This document shows positions 39,701-52,884 of a DNA stretch of 64,000 nucleotides, one piece after another. Every line of letters begins with the position of its first letter. The first letter of the stretch is position 1. A model generated the notes under the pieces. The model saw nothing but the letters and a program-made list of their open reading frames with translations, ran no database searches and was not told where the DNA came from. Both the position numbers and the translations under genes were made by a program. The stretch covers positions 83,330,001-83,394,000 of the forward strand of contig NW_024704743.1 in the NCBI RefSeq assembly GCF_018977255.1, read 5' to 3'. This DNA is from Callorhinchus milii (taxonomy: Eukaryota).

Positions 39701-42700
39701 TCTCCCTGAAAGAAAATAGATGTTGCCAATTGAGTGGTGAGGCCAGTATAGTTTTACTATCATTCCTAGCATTCGGGGAAATAGGATTCTTAGGAAATAG
39801 TAATTGTGACTTTAAGCCGTGATGCAAAAATATGTAAAGAAACATATCAATAAATCTAACTTCAAATGTTTACCTCATGTGCCGTTATTGTATTTACCCT
39901 CCATGGATTGTATTCAGGTTCTATGGCTCATCAAATCCCAGATGAGATTCAGATCAGGTCTGAAATTTTACAGGTAAAAAACTCAACCATGATTGGAGCC
40001 TCAGTATAAGTTGTCAACAAGAATGAAAGCTGCCTTTGGTCCCTCCTATATGCATTTTCATCTTACCGATTGCAGACAAAAAAAAACTCTGACACCTGGT
40101 CGTAGAATATTGTATCAAATGGTTCTTCACAATGACAGAGTGAGTGCTTGTTCGCTCTCATGGTCTGCCATTAAAGGGGGAGATTTTCTCCCTGTCAGTC
40201 AGATAGATCTATGCTAGAACAGCGACAGCAAAGAAATCAGAATTTCAGCAGTGCCATTTCATCCATTTAAGCTTGACGGTTTCTCCTGGTGATGTAAGTG
40301 GCAAATAGTGGTTATCAGCAGCACCAATTAATTGATGCTGGAAGCCAATTAAGGCGGGAAATGTACAATTCTCCACTGCCTCTGAGGTCTCCTGAACAGG
40401 GGAGTATTTAATCATGGCGTGAGTAGGAGGTAAGTCTGAGATCTGTTTGCACTCTGCTGCAGTTTGGCAGAGTGCGTGAAGTCTCCATTAGGAAATGCTG
40501 TCGGCTCCCATTTGTAGCTGCCATGTACTATCTGGGGACGAGAGGGATAAAAGGAAGTATGGGGCCAGAGGAAGAAGGCATTAAAATGGTCTCTTAAAAG
40601 CTATCAGGTGGTCCTTTCAAGGGATATGTTCTAGTGAAGGCCGAATCGTTTTGTACCACTAGAATTTTACTTCAGTAATGCCAATCCGTACCCTGGCCAA
40701 ACCCTCTTGCCGTGGCAGTCTTGATAGCTGGGACCCAGGACAAATTGTGTTGCTTTAAGTCTGATTTTTATTGTTCGAGTCACGGTGAATCTTGATTTTC
40801 ATGGCGATTTAACAGGAAATGTCCTGCATACACTGGGCACTAAACAGAGATTTGATCTAATCGAGGCTGATCTTCAATGAACTCCATCTCATGATCACTT
40901 CTAAAGATTTGCCTGTCACCAAGATCAACAGAAAGACTGAGGAATTGATGTCTTTCAGCTCCGAATGCCAACAATTTGGGATTTACAGAAGCAAATTCAA
41001 AACTATGTAGAAAGAATAAAATAGGTAAAAATCTCAAAACTCAGACATTCATCAACAATTTTTAGCAGCTTCACCTGCAGCAGGAACGCTGGACAAATTT
41101 GACTAATGTTTACCATTACTAGGATTCTTCCCACCTTCTTCTCACTTAACATCTGAGGAGCAGACACATGCACTGTTACTACCAGACTGCATTACCCCCT
41201 CCATACACACACACGTTTATCACAAGAGAGGTTTAGATGAAGAAGGCTCTTCAGCCTATTTGATCTCATCCTTTAAGAATGTCCCCGTCACAGCAACAAG
41301 TTGTTCTCACATTCACACGCACACACATTGGTTACTGTGGTGGGGGTGGTTGTGGGTTTGGTGGGGTTAAGGAGTAGGTATTGGAGTAGGGTGGTTGTGT
41401 ATGAGGGGTGGGTGGGTGTCTGGTGGAGAGTTATCACAAAGGGACCTATTACAAGAATAGTTATCACAAGGTACATGTTATGAAACATCACAACTTCATC
41501 TCCACATTTCTTATTTATTAGATGGGGACAGTTTAAGTCATTGTTGAGATCCTTATTTGAAATTGTTTTTATCCAGCTATCATTGAGAATCTCGCTCTAG
41601 GCTTCCTCTCCAGTGCGGCGTCTGTAGTTCTTTCATCCCAATGTTAAATCCTTGCAGCAAGAATATTCCTAGACCCTTGTCCTCTCAGCTGAAAATATGC
41701 ACTTCAGTGGGGAAGAACGATATGGCAGGAAGCAGAACAAAAAAAATTAGAAGGTTTTGTCATAAATAGGTTTTGTAATTCCGACAGAACAGCTCTTGCC
41801 AATCGCAGTGAATATGAAGTGTAACTCACTGGAAATATTGACATGAATAAGAGCAGGCACCATATCCATTAGATGATTATTTCTTTCAGTTGGTTCACAA
41901 AATCTTTTGACAAACAAAATTAACAAAGACTATCCTCCAGCAACACTAAATTTGTCAAGTGTAATAACAACATTTGCCTTGAGGAGAATCATCAGTTGGA
42001 GGAGCGTTACCATGGGAGGAAGTGGGGGTGGGGGCAAAGGTGGGGGTTAGATTAGCACTCTCTCTCTCATTTGTTTTAATAAATCCTTCAGAGAAGCCAG
42101 GATTCATTTTATAAAGCTCTATTTGCCCCTCAACTGGGACAGGGTGAATGACAAAAGAACCACTTATATTTCAATTAGCGTTCCTGTCAGTAGGGAAGAT
42201 GTCTTCATACAGGGAAGTAGCCATCACAGCAGTAGAATCACATGTATGTGGAGAGTGGTGGGTGTTAGCATGAACGTGAATCTCTTCTGTGAAAGTAGGG
42301 CCTTGGTTCACATCTGAATCTGGAATGAGTTCACCACAGCTCCTCCAGGTATCAGAGCCGCCTCATTTACTCAACTCAGGATGGCTCTCATCCAGGCAAT
42401 AGGTCTCAGGTGGCCTATTTCACTGTGCCCCTTCACCACACATTCCACACATCTATATTATCTAAGCCTGGAAATTTCCCTGTTCTCCGTTCCCTCAGTT
42501 CTCATATTCCACTGCCATCAAATCACCTTGGCACCAACTCAGCTCCAAGGAGACTCTGTTTACCTTTCTCCCCAAAGAGGATGATTTATCTCTGTTATAA
42601 GAGAATTAGTTGATAAGGTAGAGATGTACCATGGTGTGGAGGATTTGCTTTGTGTTGTGTCTGTTTTGTATGCTCCAGCGGATCTGGGAGGAGCTGACTC

Positions 42701-43199
42701 TAAAGTGTAGTTCCCCTACAGAGGCAGACTGAGAACTTAATGCACAAACCAGACAATACCGCTCTAGCACTCAGGGAAACTCAGAGGCTGATCCACCCCA
42801 TCACACTCTTGTCTATTGGTATGTTCAGAATGACACAGGTCTGGGAACTGACTAACCATCCAAACTCCTTCCTGCCGTTGGTGCATGATACAGGAGATGA
42901 GGGAAACAGATTTTGTATCAAAAAACAATGGGTTACGGGATGTTTAAAAGAGTGGAATTATCTGTTGAATTTTCCATTGTGAGTTCTAAGTGAAAAACAT
43001 TCAGTTAAATTAAATAGAAAAGATTAGCCACCCCCACCCGGCCCCCGATAAACTTTAAAGTAAACCTTTTTAAGTTCTAGGTATCTTTTGTTTGATCCAT
43101 ACAAACAAAGTTTAATATAGATAAATGGAAGGTATTGTATGTAGGAAGTAACAATAGAAATCCTATGAGTTTGGACTACAAAGTCAGATAATATAACAA

Positions 43200-43795
43200 A
43201 AAGAGAGAGAGCTGGGAAAACTCAGCAGGTCAGGCAGCATCTATGGAGAAAGGAAAGTGAGTCAACGTTTTGGGTCCACAAACCTTCGTCAGAACTGGAG
43301 CATGTTGGGAAGGAGAGGTTTTTAAGGACATGTTGAGAGGGGGTGGCAGGACAAGGACGACAAAGAAGACAAAAAAAAGAGGACAAAGGAGAGAATGTGT
43401 TAATTGACGGGTTAAAGAGGTGATAGTGGTCTCTTTAACCCATCAACTAACACATTCTCTCCTTTTGTTGAAAAAACCCTTTTGTTTCGGTTCGCAAGGT
43501 CAACCCTGATCTTCCCGTCTCCTGCCATTTCAACTCACACTCCCATTCACAGTCTGACCGCTCCATCCATGGTCTCCTACGCTGTTCCAGTGATCCACAG
43601 CGAAAGCTTGAGAAACAACATCTTATCTATCTACTAGGGACCCTACAGCCCTCTGGCCTCAGTATCAATTTCAGCCACTTCAGACTGTAACAGCTCACCT
43701 TTCCTTCCCCCCACTTTCTGTTACCAGTTTTGTTTCAACACCACCCCCCCTTTTGTTGAAAAAAACCTTTTGTTTTACGCCACTATCACCTCTTG
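43200..43795. mobile_element. Penelope-like element remnant: inverted pLTR (-) plus GIY-YIG endonuclease C-terminus (+)
   Basis: 43490-43690 (+) reads VRKVNPDLPVSCHFNSHSHSQSDRSIHGLLRCSSDPQRKLEKQHLIYLLGTLQPSGLSINFSHFRL*. 43210-43300 (-) is ctgacgaagg...ccaaaacgttgac...gatgctgcctgacctgctgagt. Confidence 0.85.
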
Positions 43796-44545
43796 ACATC
43801 AGGCTCTTTACTGAAAGAGCCTGCTGGGGTGCAATAAAGAGCAGACATCAGGCTCTTTATTGCACCCCATTTCAAATACCACTATGTGTCTCCTGTTCCA
43901 ACCCGAATGACTGATGGTTACAGCACCATATTGCACATACCTGTGAAAGCCTTGGTAGGTTCCAGATGAATGTATCCAAGAGATTACATTTAACAGCCTG
44001 AAAGATTAGATACCATTGGGGGAAAAACAAATATTACAATCTCCCTATATGCATCAAGCGCAGTCACAGCAGTCTAGGAGAAATGTAATATCACAGTTCA
44101 ATTGCAAACGGGAGTAACATATGCAAAATTCTCTCTTGTATGAGGGGAAATGGATAACCACAGAGCTACCAGACCGCATCTGAACTAGAGCTGATCCAAA
44201 TCACCACCTCACAACCAACAGTGAAGCAGATGCCGCACATTTTGATAGCAGAGAAATGTGTTGAAAACCTGATTACCACCCGTGTCCCATGGCAACTTAC
44301 ATTTCCTCACAGTGTGTTGTCAACAACTCCAAGCATCAGAACAGCCTTAATAACCACTGCAAAACGAGCGATGGGGTGAAATTAGCAGCACTTCATAATG
44401 CTTCCAATGTGATAAATTATGAACATGGCAAATTTCACCCCATGGACTTTTGTTTCCCTTTGGGTAAGATACCTGTTAGAAGTAAGAAAGAAGAACTTAA
44501 CAGTTTCATAGTTATTTTTTAGCAAGAAATTCTGGGATTTCTGTA

Positions 44546-44900
44546 TAACAACAATAACAACAACAACAAGATTACATGTATAGAGCGCCTTTCACGTCAG
44601 GAGGACGTCCCAGGCGCTGTACAGTTGGGTCAGGACCCGAGCAGGGGGGAAATGGTCAGGGTGTGGGGAGGGAAGGGAGGGAGCGAGGAGGGGGTAGAGA
44701 GTCGAGAGGGGAGCCGAAGGCTCGGTCAAAGAGAAAGGTCTTGAGACCGGCCTTGAAGGAGGAAAGGGAGGAGGCAAGGCGAAGGCACTGGGGGATAGAG
44801 TTCCAAAGCCTAGGGGCTGAGAGGCTGAAGGCCCGGCCACCGATGGTAGAGCGGTTGGGGCGGGGGATATGGAGAAGACCGGAGCCAGAGGAACGGAGAG
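44546..44900 (-). mobile_element. Young L2 3' fragment (type A)
   Basis: LRSSGSGLLHIPRPNRSTIGGRAFSLSAPRLWNSIP...FKAGLKTFLF; CpG-rich; (TTG)n tail. Confidence 0.92.
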
Positions 44901-45299
44901 TAGATATCCTGTGGTAAAATTGCAGAATCTCTGAGCAATATCCAGAGTTGAATAAAATCAATCAAGCGACACTTAAATATGGTATATAATAACAATGTAT
45001 GTAATAAAAGCAGCCTTAGATTTGACGTAGCTTCTTTCAGGTATGAGAGGACTTTTAATTTTGGTCAAAAATTGTAAATAGAACTTCCTGAGCTCATCAA
45101 CCGAAGATGCCAACTTCTACTTCGCATAACAAATTAAGATTTGAAAAGAAAAATTACAATAGAAAGCAGCACACTGATTCAGAACTGAACCGTTCATGAT
45201 CAAAGAAGATTAAATACAAGGGATTCACTGAAGAAAAGAAGGTAAACTGCTACACCATTCAATCTAAAACAGTACTGAGTGGTTAACATGCTAACCACT

Positions 45300-46055
45300 A
45301 GCAGCACAAATGGGCAAAATCTAAAGAATGCAAATAGAGTAGTTGGTTTTATGACTAGAGGAATAGAGTATAAAACCAGGGAAGTAATATTAAATTTAAA
45401 TAAATTTGACCACATTTGGAGTGCTGTGTTCAGTTATGGTCACTATATTATAAGAATGCTATTGTTAATAATCCTTGCATTTGATATTGCGACCTTATCA
45501 CGTCTTTAAGACGTCTCAAAGCGTTTCACAGAATATACTGTAAAGTGAATTGATTGTATATTTTGTGGCAAAACACGGGAGACATAGTGCACAGCAGTGG
45601 CCCACGGTCTTGGATTGTGTGCCAAATTACTATTTTAAAAAAAAATTTTGAAGGGATTATTTGGATACAGATATCACAACATTTCTCTCTAGAGTCGAGA
45701 TAATTGAGAGGGGGACCTAATAGAGGTGTTTAGGATTATAAAAGGATTCAATAAGATGAATGTTGATAGGCACTCATTGTTGAGTCCAAAACTAGAGGCA
45801 AAATATAAATAGTGAGACATAGATCTGATAGGGAATTTAGGAGGAACTTCTTCACACAGAGGGTGGTGAAAATGTGGAACTCACTGCCAGAAGCCATGGC
45901 TGAAGCAAGTAGCAACAATATATTTAAGAGAAAACTCAATGCACACTTGAGGGACAAGGGAATAGAGGGTTAATAGAGGAGAGGTGGGGCTTATGTGGAA
46001 TATAAACACCAGCATTTATATAGTTGGGCCAAATAGACTGTTTCTGTACAATATC
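45300..46055 (+). mobile_element. CR1 3' region interrupted by a SINE tail (~45465-45640, minus)
   Basis: ANRVVGFMTRGIEYKTREVILNL; ttgagaggggacctaatagaggtg; ttcttcacacagagggtggtgaaaatgtggaactcactgcc. Confidence 0.85.
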
Positions 46056-46367
46056 TTTCCATTCATTCGTCCACAAAGTACACAGTCAATCCACTTTACA
46101 GTATATCCTATGAAGCACTTTGAGACATTTTGATGACTTGATAAGGCTCTGTACCAAATGCAAGTACCAAATTATTAGATAACTCTATTTAACATCAAAG
46201 GTTCGATAACCACTGCTCAATAAACTAAACTAAGTAGGAACTAGAAACCAATCAGAGCTAAAGATCAATGGTTTTCAAACAATGAAAATTGGGGATTATA
46301 ACCAAAAGAAAAAAAAGTGAAGATTAGAAACGCTTTTACACAGAGTATTGTTACAACAAACACCATA

Positions 46368-47090
46368 AACAACAACAACAACAAGATTTCATTTATAGAG
46401 CGCCTTTCACGTCGGGAGGACGTCCCAAGGCGCTGGACAGTTGGGTTGGGACCCGAGCAGGGGGGAAATGGTCAGGGTGAGGGGAGGGAAGGGAGGGAGC
46501 GAGGAGGGGGTAGAGAGTCGAGAGGAGAGCTGAAGGCACGGTTGAAGAGAAAGGTCTTGAGACCGGCCTTGAAGGAGGAAAGGGAGGAGGCAAGGCGAAG
46601 GCACTGGGGGATAGAGTTCCAGAGCCTAGGGGCTGAGAGGCTGAAGGCCTGGCCACCAATGGTAGGGCGGTTAGGGCGCAGGATATGGAGCAGACCGGAG
46701 CCAGAGGAACGGAGGGTACGGGCAGGTAAGTAAGGGGATAGTAGGTCGGAGAGGTAGGAGAGAGCAAGGCCGTGAATGGCCTTGTACGTGAGGATGAGGA
46801 TCTTGAATTCGGTCCTCTGGGGGATGGGGAGCCAGTGGAGGCGAGCGAGGGTGGGAGCTATGTGGTCGCGAAGCCTGGTGCAGAACAATACTGAATGACC
46901 TGCAGCTTGTGGAGGGAGGTGCCGGGAAGGCCGGCGAGAAGAGAGTTCCCATAGTCCAGCCTTGAGGTGATAAAGGCGTGGAACAGAGTTTCGGCAGCGT
47001 GAAGGGTGAGGTAGTGCCGTAGTCTGGCGATATTCCGGAGGTGATGGAAGGCGGTGCCAGTTGTGGCGCGGATGTGAGGAAGAAAGGACA
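46368..47090 (-). mobile_element. Young L2 3' fragment (type A), lying within a CR1 3' end (~46310-46365 and 47100-47280, +)
   Basis: AETLFHAFITSRLDYGNSLLAGLP; LARLHWLPIPQRTEFKILILTYKA; CR1 tail gatgggttgaatggcctccttctg downstream. Confidence 0.92.
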
Positions 47091-48239
47091 CTTCTCTATA
47101 GAATAGCATTTAAAAGGGAATTGGATAAAATACTTGAGGAAGAATAACTTTAAATGATACTGGAAAGACCAGGGAAATAGGATTGGTGGATAACTCCAAT
47201 GGCGGCTCTAGCTCTAGCACGGACATGATGGGTTGAATGGCCTCCTTCTGTAGTGTAAAGTTCCTAAGATTCCATGATCACTGAAAGACAAGACCATACC
47301 ATGTTGTCTCCCAAGAGAAAGAAGTAATGGGCTTGTTAAGAAAAGATGCTGAGAAACATACAACCTTGAAGGAATCCATAAAAATGGTTTATATGCTATC
47401 CCATGAGGCAAAACAGAAGATACCAGAAGATACAGCTTGTAAATCAGTAAGCCTGAAGCACATTATTGTGACAGATGCTTAAAAGAGACAAAGCTCTCTT
47501 AGTGGCAAAGGTTCAGTTGGTACTGCATAATATGGTTCAAAACCTTGTATGCTAAAGAAGACTAGGTTAAGTTTCTGGTCATTGCAGAATTGCCTGATCT
47601 AAGATGGGCCAGCAATGTGAACACTGTAACTAACTTTCATGCTTCTCATATAGATGAGGTGGAATCATGGTTTACTTCAGGCTGAATTTGTTTAAATTAA
47701 ATCTGGTTTGTTGTTGTCTGACTATGGGTGCAAATCTCCTCCTCTTCATCATCAGAGGTTTGAGTTGAAGCTGCCTATGACCAGCAGTGCACAGCAAACG
47801 AGTGTTGGTTCATAACAATCATCTTTACTGCATTTCTGCTGTTGAATAAATTGGTATTTCAATCATTCAAATGTCAATGGAAGCCATAGGCAGCTTTGGG
47901 CCTAACTATTGTGATGAAAGTGAGGGGGGTGGTCATCTCAAATGGGCAGAACTTTCTGTAATGTGATAACTACCACCAGTGCAATTATCACATCACATGT
48001 GCAATTTCACTCTTATGTTATGAAGCTTCTAGTCTGAATCCTTTCCGATGAGGCCTGAATGGAAGTGTGTGTTTGTGTATATCAGGTCATGTTAGCTCAG
48101 CTATGATATCCTCCAGTTACATAGCCTCACACAGTCACTGCCATACCTTATCATCGGCACTACCTTTCCATTGAAGTAGTGAAAAGATTGTTTTTAGTCT
48201 AAGGAAGACCCCAACTATCTATAGATACACACGAAGAAT

Positions 48240-49010
48240 GACAACAACAACAAAATTATATTTATGAGCGCCTTTTACGTCGGGAGGACGTTCCAAAGCA
48301 CTGAACAGTCAGGTGTCGGGGACTGAACATGGGGGGGGGACGTGTAGGGGTGAGGGAAGGCAGAGAGGGGGGAGGGAGACCAAAGGCACGGTTGAAGAGA
48401 AGGGTCTTGAGACTGGCCTTGAAGGAGGCAAGGGAGGAAGCGAGGTGAAGGAACTGTGGGATGGAGTTCCAGAGTGTGGGGGCAGAGAAGCTGAAAGCCC
48501 GGCCACCGATGGTAGGGTGGTAGACATGGAGCAGGCCGGAGCCCACTGAACGGAGGGAGTGGGCAGGTTGGTAGGGAGTGAGCAGGTCAGAGAGGTAGGA
48601 GGGGACAAGGCCATGGATGGCCTTAAAGGTGAAGACGAGGATCTTAAACTCGATCCTCTGGGGGATGGGGAGCCAGTGGAGTCGGGCGAGGGTGGGAGTG
48701 ATGGGGTCACAGAGCCTGGTGCATGAGAGTACATGAGCTGCAGAGTTTTGGAATATCTGCAGCTTGTGAAGGGAAGAGTTGGGAAGGGGGATGAGGAGGC
48801 AGTTCCCGTAATCGAGCCTTGATGTGACGAATACCTGGGTGAGGGTTTCGGCAGCCTGAGGGGTGAGTCGGTGGTGGAGTCTGGCAATGTTGCAGAGATG
48901 GTGGTAGGCAGTACCGGGAGAAAGGACGGTGTTGGGGAGAAAGGACACGATACCCAGGTTCCTGACTGGCTAAGTGAGGTTGAGTGTGCACTAGGACAAG
49001 GCACTGATGG
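48240..49010 (-). mobile_element. L2 3' fragment (type A)
   Basis: ORF 48262-48948: VTSRLDYGNCLL...LHWLPIPQRIEFKIL...GGRAFSFSAPTLWNSIP. Confidence 0.92.
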
Positions 49011-49024
49011 GTGACCAAAGGGTT

Positions 49025-49378
49025 AATATGAGCTGAGTGGGAAGAATTCCCCCTGGTCCCAGTGACCGTTCTGCCCCTCCAAGTCCTGCCGGCGAGCTAG
49101 GTTTGCTGTTCTGTCATTAGCAGTGCCTTGGAGTACTGTGGATCTCCTGGCTCAGGAATCAGATTACTGAGACCACTAGTGGAGGATCAACTCAATATCC
49201 CATTGGCAGGCATGTCACCTTGGAGCCATCTCAGCCCAGAGGATATCCTGCTAATATTCCTGTCCCATGCAGGATCATTACCAGTTGGTCATTAGGTATC
49301 CAACAAGTGCAGGTTTTTAGAGCCATCACTAGGTGGATAGCGGGTAGCAGGAACTCCTTGCAAGCCTCTTGATGAGTA
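49025..49378 (+). mobile_element. Unclassified interspersed repeat copy (3' part)
   Basis: Reverse complement of 8192-8525. Confidence 0.75.
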
Positions 49379-50959
49379 TCATAACTCAACATGAAATGCT
49401 TGTGAGCTGCACCACCACGTCAGGGCACTTGTCAGTCTGTCAATCCACTTCAGGAACCCTGAACACATGCACATGGCAACAAAGTAGATTATAGAAAAGT
49501 TTAATGTGGAATCGGACAAAACAACGTTTACACTTTACTAATCTGCTCAGAAGTGGAAATCAGAAGTAAAAATCGCACTAAATTGCAGTCAAAAAAGTAT
49601 CTTGCAAACATCACATTAAGATTCTGTGTTTTGTTTTAAAAAAAGATAACCAACTGAATAAATACTAAACATTAAATATGTTGATCTAACAATTTTATAG
49701 TAAAATAACACAATGCAACACAATACTGTTAGTGGAAAATAGCCTTTGTTATACTGGAAGCTACTCTTGGAATTAATTTACAGATTTGACTCCTTTATTG
49801 CAAACAATAAGATTAAGATATTCTTAATACCGTTTGAAATCAATCCAACAAAGACTGAGACGTTAGGGGAAAGGGGGAAATGAAGCTTCAAGATTTTAAC
49901 CTTTTCCTTATATTAGATGCGACATGTAGGTAGAGTAATCATTTGTTTTCAATCAAAGATATTTACAATCTTCTTAATCAAAGTGCACACTCCACGGAAT
50001 GCTATCGATACTTTTGCACTTTGGGCTTTGCACAAAAGCCAATTACTATATCAAAAGTAGGAACATTTAAATAAAAATATATGTAAAACAACCCCTGTTC
50101 TTGTGATTTCAAGAAAATAACCCACAATTAAAAACATGCTGCAGACTGGTCTTACATTAGATTATTGCAGAACGCTGGCAAATCCTGATCTAAGCAGGGT
50201 TTGTACACAAGTTACTGTGGCAACAGAAGCAGCAGATTCTGCCCTACATTCCATGTGAATAGGTGACCATGAGATACAAGCGGCAATTACACGCAAGGTG
50301 CACAATGCATAATGTTTCATTACAAGTCATGTCTGATCTTTTACTACCCCAAGGCAAACTTTAAGAGGGGGAACTACATTTCTTAAGAGGCAAAGCAGGG
50401 ATCACAAGAAGTAAACTTTTAATAAATGGGAAGAAACAAAAAATCCAAAAGGCATTTGGGAAAAAAGAAACCAGGCAGAAAAAATGCTTACACTGGGGAG
50501 TGAGGAAGGTAGGTCCACACGGTGCAGGGGTTGACAATCTATACCTCTGTGAGGAGGACATAGGTCTGAGTAGAGGTCATGTACATCCCTACAAAGAGGG
50601 AGCTGCTCTGTTGTAAGCCACGGATTTTCTGAAGGGTGAGGCGTGGAGTGGGCAGACAGTGGCTGAGGAATGGTATACACATGAACACGTGAAAGTTTTT
50701 TTAAAAGAAAATCAAAATACATGTTTTATACGTGTCGTTTATATTAAACAAAGACGAAAATACGAGTGCAATACTCATTCATGCTTATTGTTGTTATTGG
50801 AGCACAAAATGTACAAACCAGCTGATATTTTATCAAACGAGGCTTTCATTTGGGGCAAAAAGATTCCACAATAATATTCCACAATTCCTAAAATTCTTTT
50901 CAAGATATCTATTACCCAAAACTTCTCATGGACTTAATCTCACGACCATTGTTTCAAAA

Positions 50960-51150
50960 TAATAATAATCCTTACACTTCATACAGCATCTTTCATCTTG
51001 AGGGGATATCTCAATGTGCTTCACAGAACTCCCATTAGTATGTATGTTTTGTAGATGAACATAGCAGCCAATTTGCATATAGCAATGTCCCAAAAACAGC
51101 CATAAAGTATATGACTAATTTTGTTTGGGGATGGTTGATCAGGACAGGAA
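50960..51150 (-). mobile_element. Deu-type SINE 3' fragment in putative 3' UTR
   Basis: aataataatcctt...gcagccaatttgc...agcaatgtccc. Confidence 0.75.
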
Positions 51151-51289
51151 AATGTAAGATTGTACATTTTTTAAATTAAGTCTCAATTTGGAAACTGGTT
51201 TTCCAGAGTTCTTTTTAAAAACTGTAGAAAAATGGCTTCGAAGTTGAGACTGAATTGAAGTATTTTCCATAATTCTGCACAACGGTCTT

Positions 51290-51642
51290 AAGGCTATGAA
51301 CATGAGAAATTTCAACCTCTCTTAAGTCTGTAGCTGATCTCAGCGGGGATGAGGGTAGGATGACAAGAATTGACTTCAGTATCTCTGAGCGAGGGAAAGA
51401 AGAAATCAGCAGGGTTCCTGATTGCTAACTAATGATTCCTGATAGAAAGCGCTCGTGTGTGGCAGTGGGAGAGGACAAGATTGGCGAGAGCCCTCTCCAT
51501 GCTCATTTAACCTGCCAACATTTAGTGTTCACACAAGAAGAATGGCCGCTGGCCGCCTGGCTGAGATACTGGAGGGTGTCTGGCGCCCATGGAACAAACC
51601 ATACTCAAGCACATGTCAACATCTTAAAGAGAGGAGAAAAAT
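51290..51642 (+). mobile_element. Ancient AmnSINE2-like SINE in putative 3' UTR
   Basis: tagctgatctcagc...aaatcagcagggttcctg...gaggacaagattgg...aagaatggcc...ggcgcccatggaac...agaggagaaaa. Confidence 0.6.
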
Positions 51643-52884
51643 AATCTCAAACTGAAGTCTGAACGGACACCCTGATTACAAGTAAGCCTGTCTCAGTGTA
51701 AATGGGCAGATAGATGGCTACACTGTTGATGCTGGAGATTACATCGAGTTGTAAGGCATTTTATAGCAATAGTACACTGTGGCTCCTGTTATACAAATGA
51801 ACAAAAAGAAGAAAATGTAGGTTATTACCGAGCGTGTGTTATTTTTACAAAAGCTCATGACAAAATAAAAGGTTTTGCTAAAATTTCACATAATGGAGTA
51901 CTCTGAAGAAAATTGGAAATAGAAGCAAAGCAGATTATTCCACAGGTCTCAACGCTCATTGCGATTAATAACAAAATAGTTGTCAAGTTTCAAATATGAA
52001 TATATAGATTAAAATGAAATAACAAAATACAAGCTTCAAACATTTTGCTTTCTTCATCACAGCGGTGTGTTTCTTTTAGCTAGCTTTCCTCAATTATCTG
52101 TCAGTCAGATTTTCATATCATTTAGCCTAGACAGATGTTTATATAACTTAACTATTCACTACAGAGCCCCGTTAGAACAGTGTCCTTTCAGCAAGCTGCT
52201 GTTTCTATTAGTGCAGAAAAAGAACTATCACCGTGCAATTGGAAACTAACGTCTTGGAACATAAATCAAGCACAGTAGGTTTTGTTCAATTACTTCTACC
52301 TCCACCAAAAATGGTAAATGAAAATATTTATTGAAGATCATCGAAAAGTTTTTTTGTTTCAATTAATCTTTCTTTTTCTGAAAGCAGCTGCCTTTTGTAA
52401 TGCTTGCAGCACAGAGATTCTTCCAGGACACAACATTTTGAAAATGTCAGGGCATTTTTAATAACAAGTTCCAGAGTGCCACAGTTGTTTTGAGTAGAAA
52501 TTCACTACACTGTACATGAATGACTTTTGCTTACAGCCATCGCCCCTCAGCTAGAAAATCATTTCAGATGGTGTTGGCAAACAAAAGAGGTATATGAAGC
52601 TTTTGTGTAAGAGGACACCACTGAGATAAAATCTAAAACTTTTGGCAAGCCGACACACCCTTCTACAAAGTCCAGAACATCATTAAAATTTTCCTTCTCT
52701 ATGTCTTATTTATGGCTGAAATCAGGGATTGCGTTTTATTCACTTCCTCGATAATCTTGCTAAATGATGACCAATTCTGGTTATCTGGTGAACGATTCTT
52801 GTCATAAGAGTAGAAAATGGTCCCTTAAAATTCCTGCCTATTGGACCACAAGAGAAATTTCAAATGGCCAATGTTAGAAAGACT

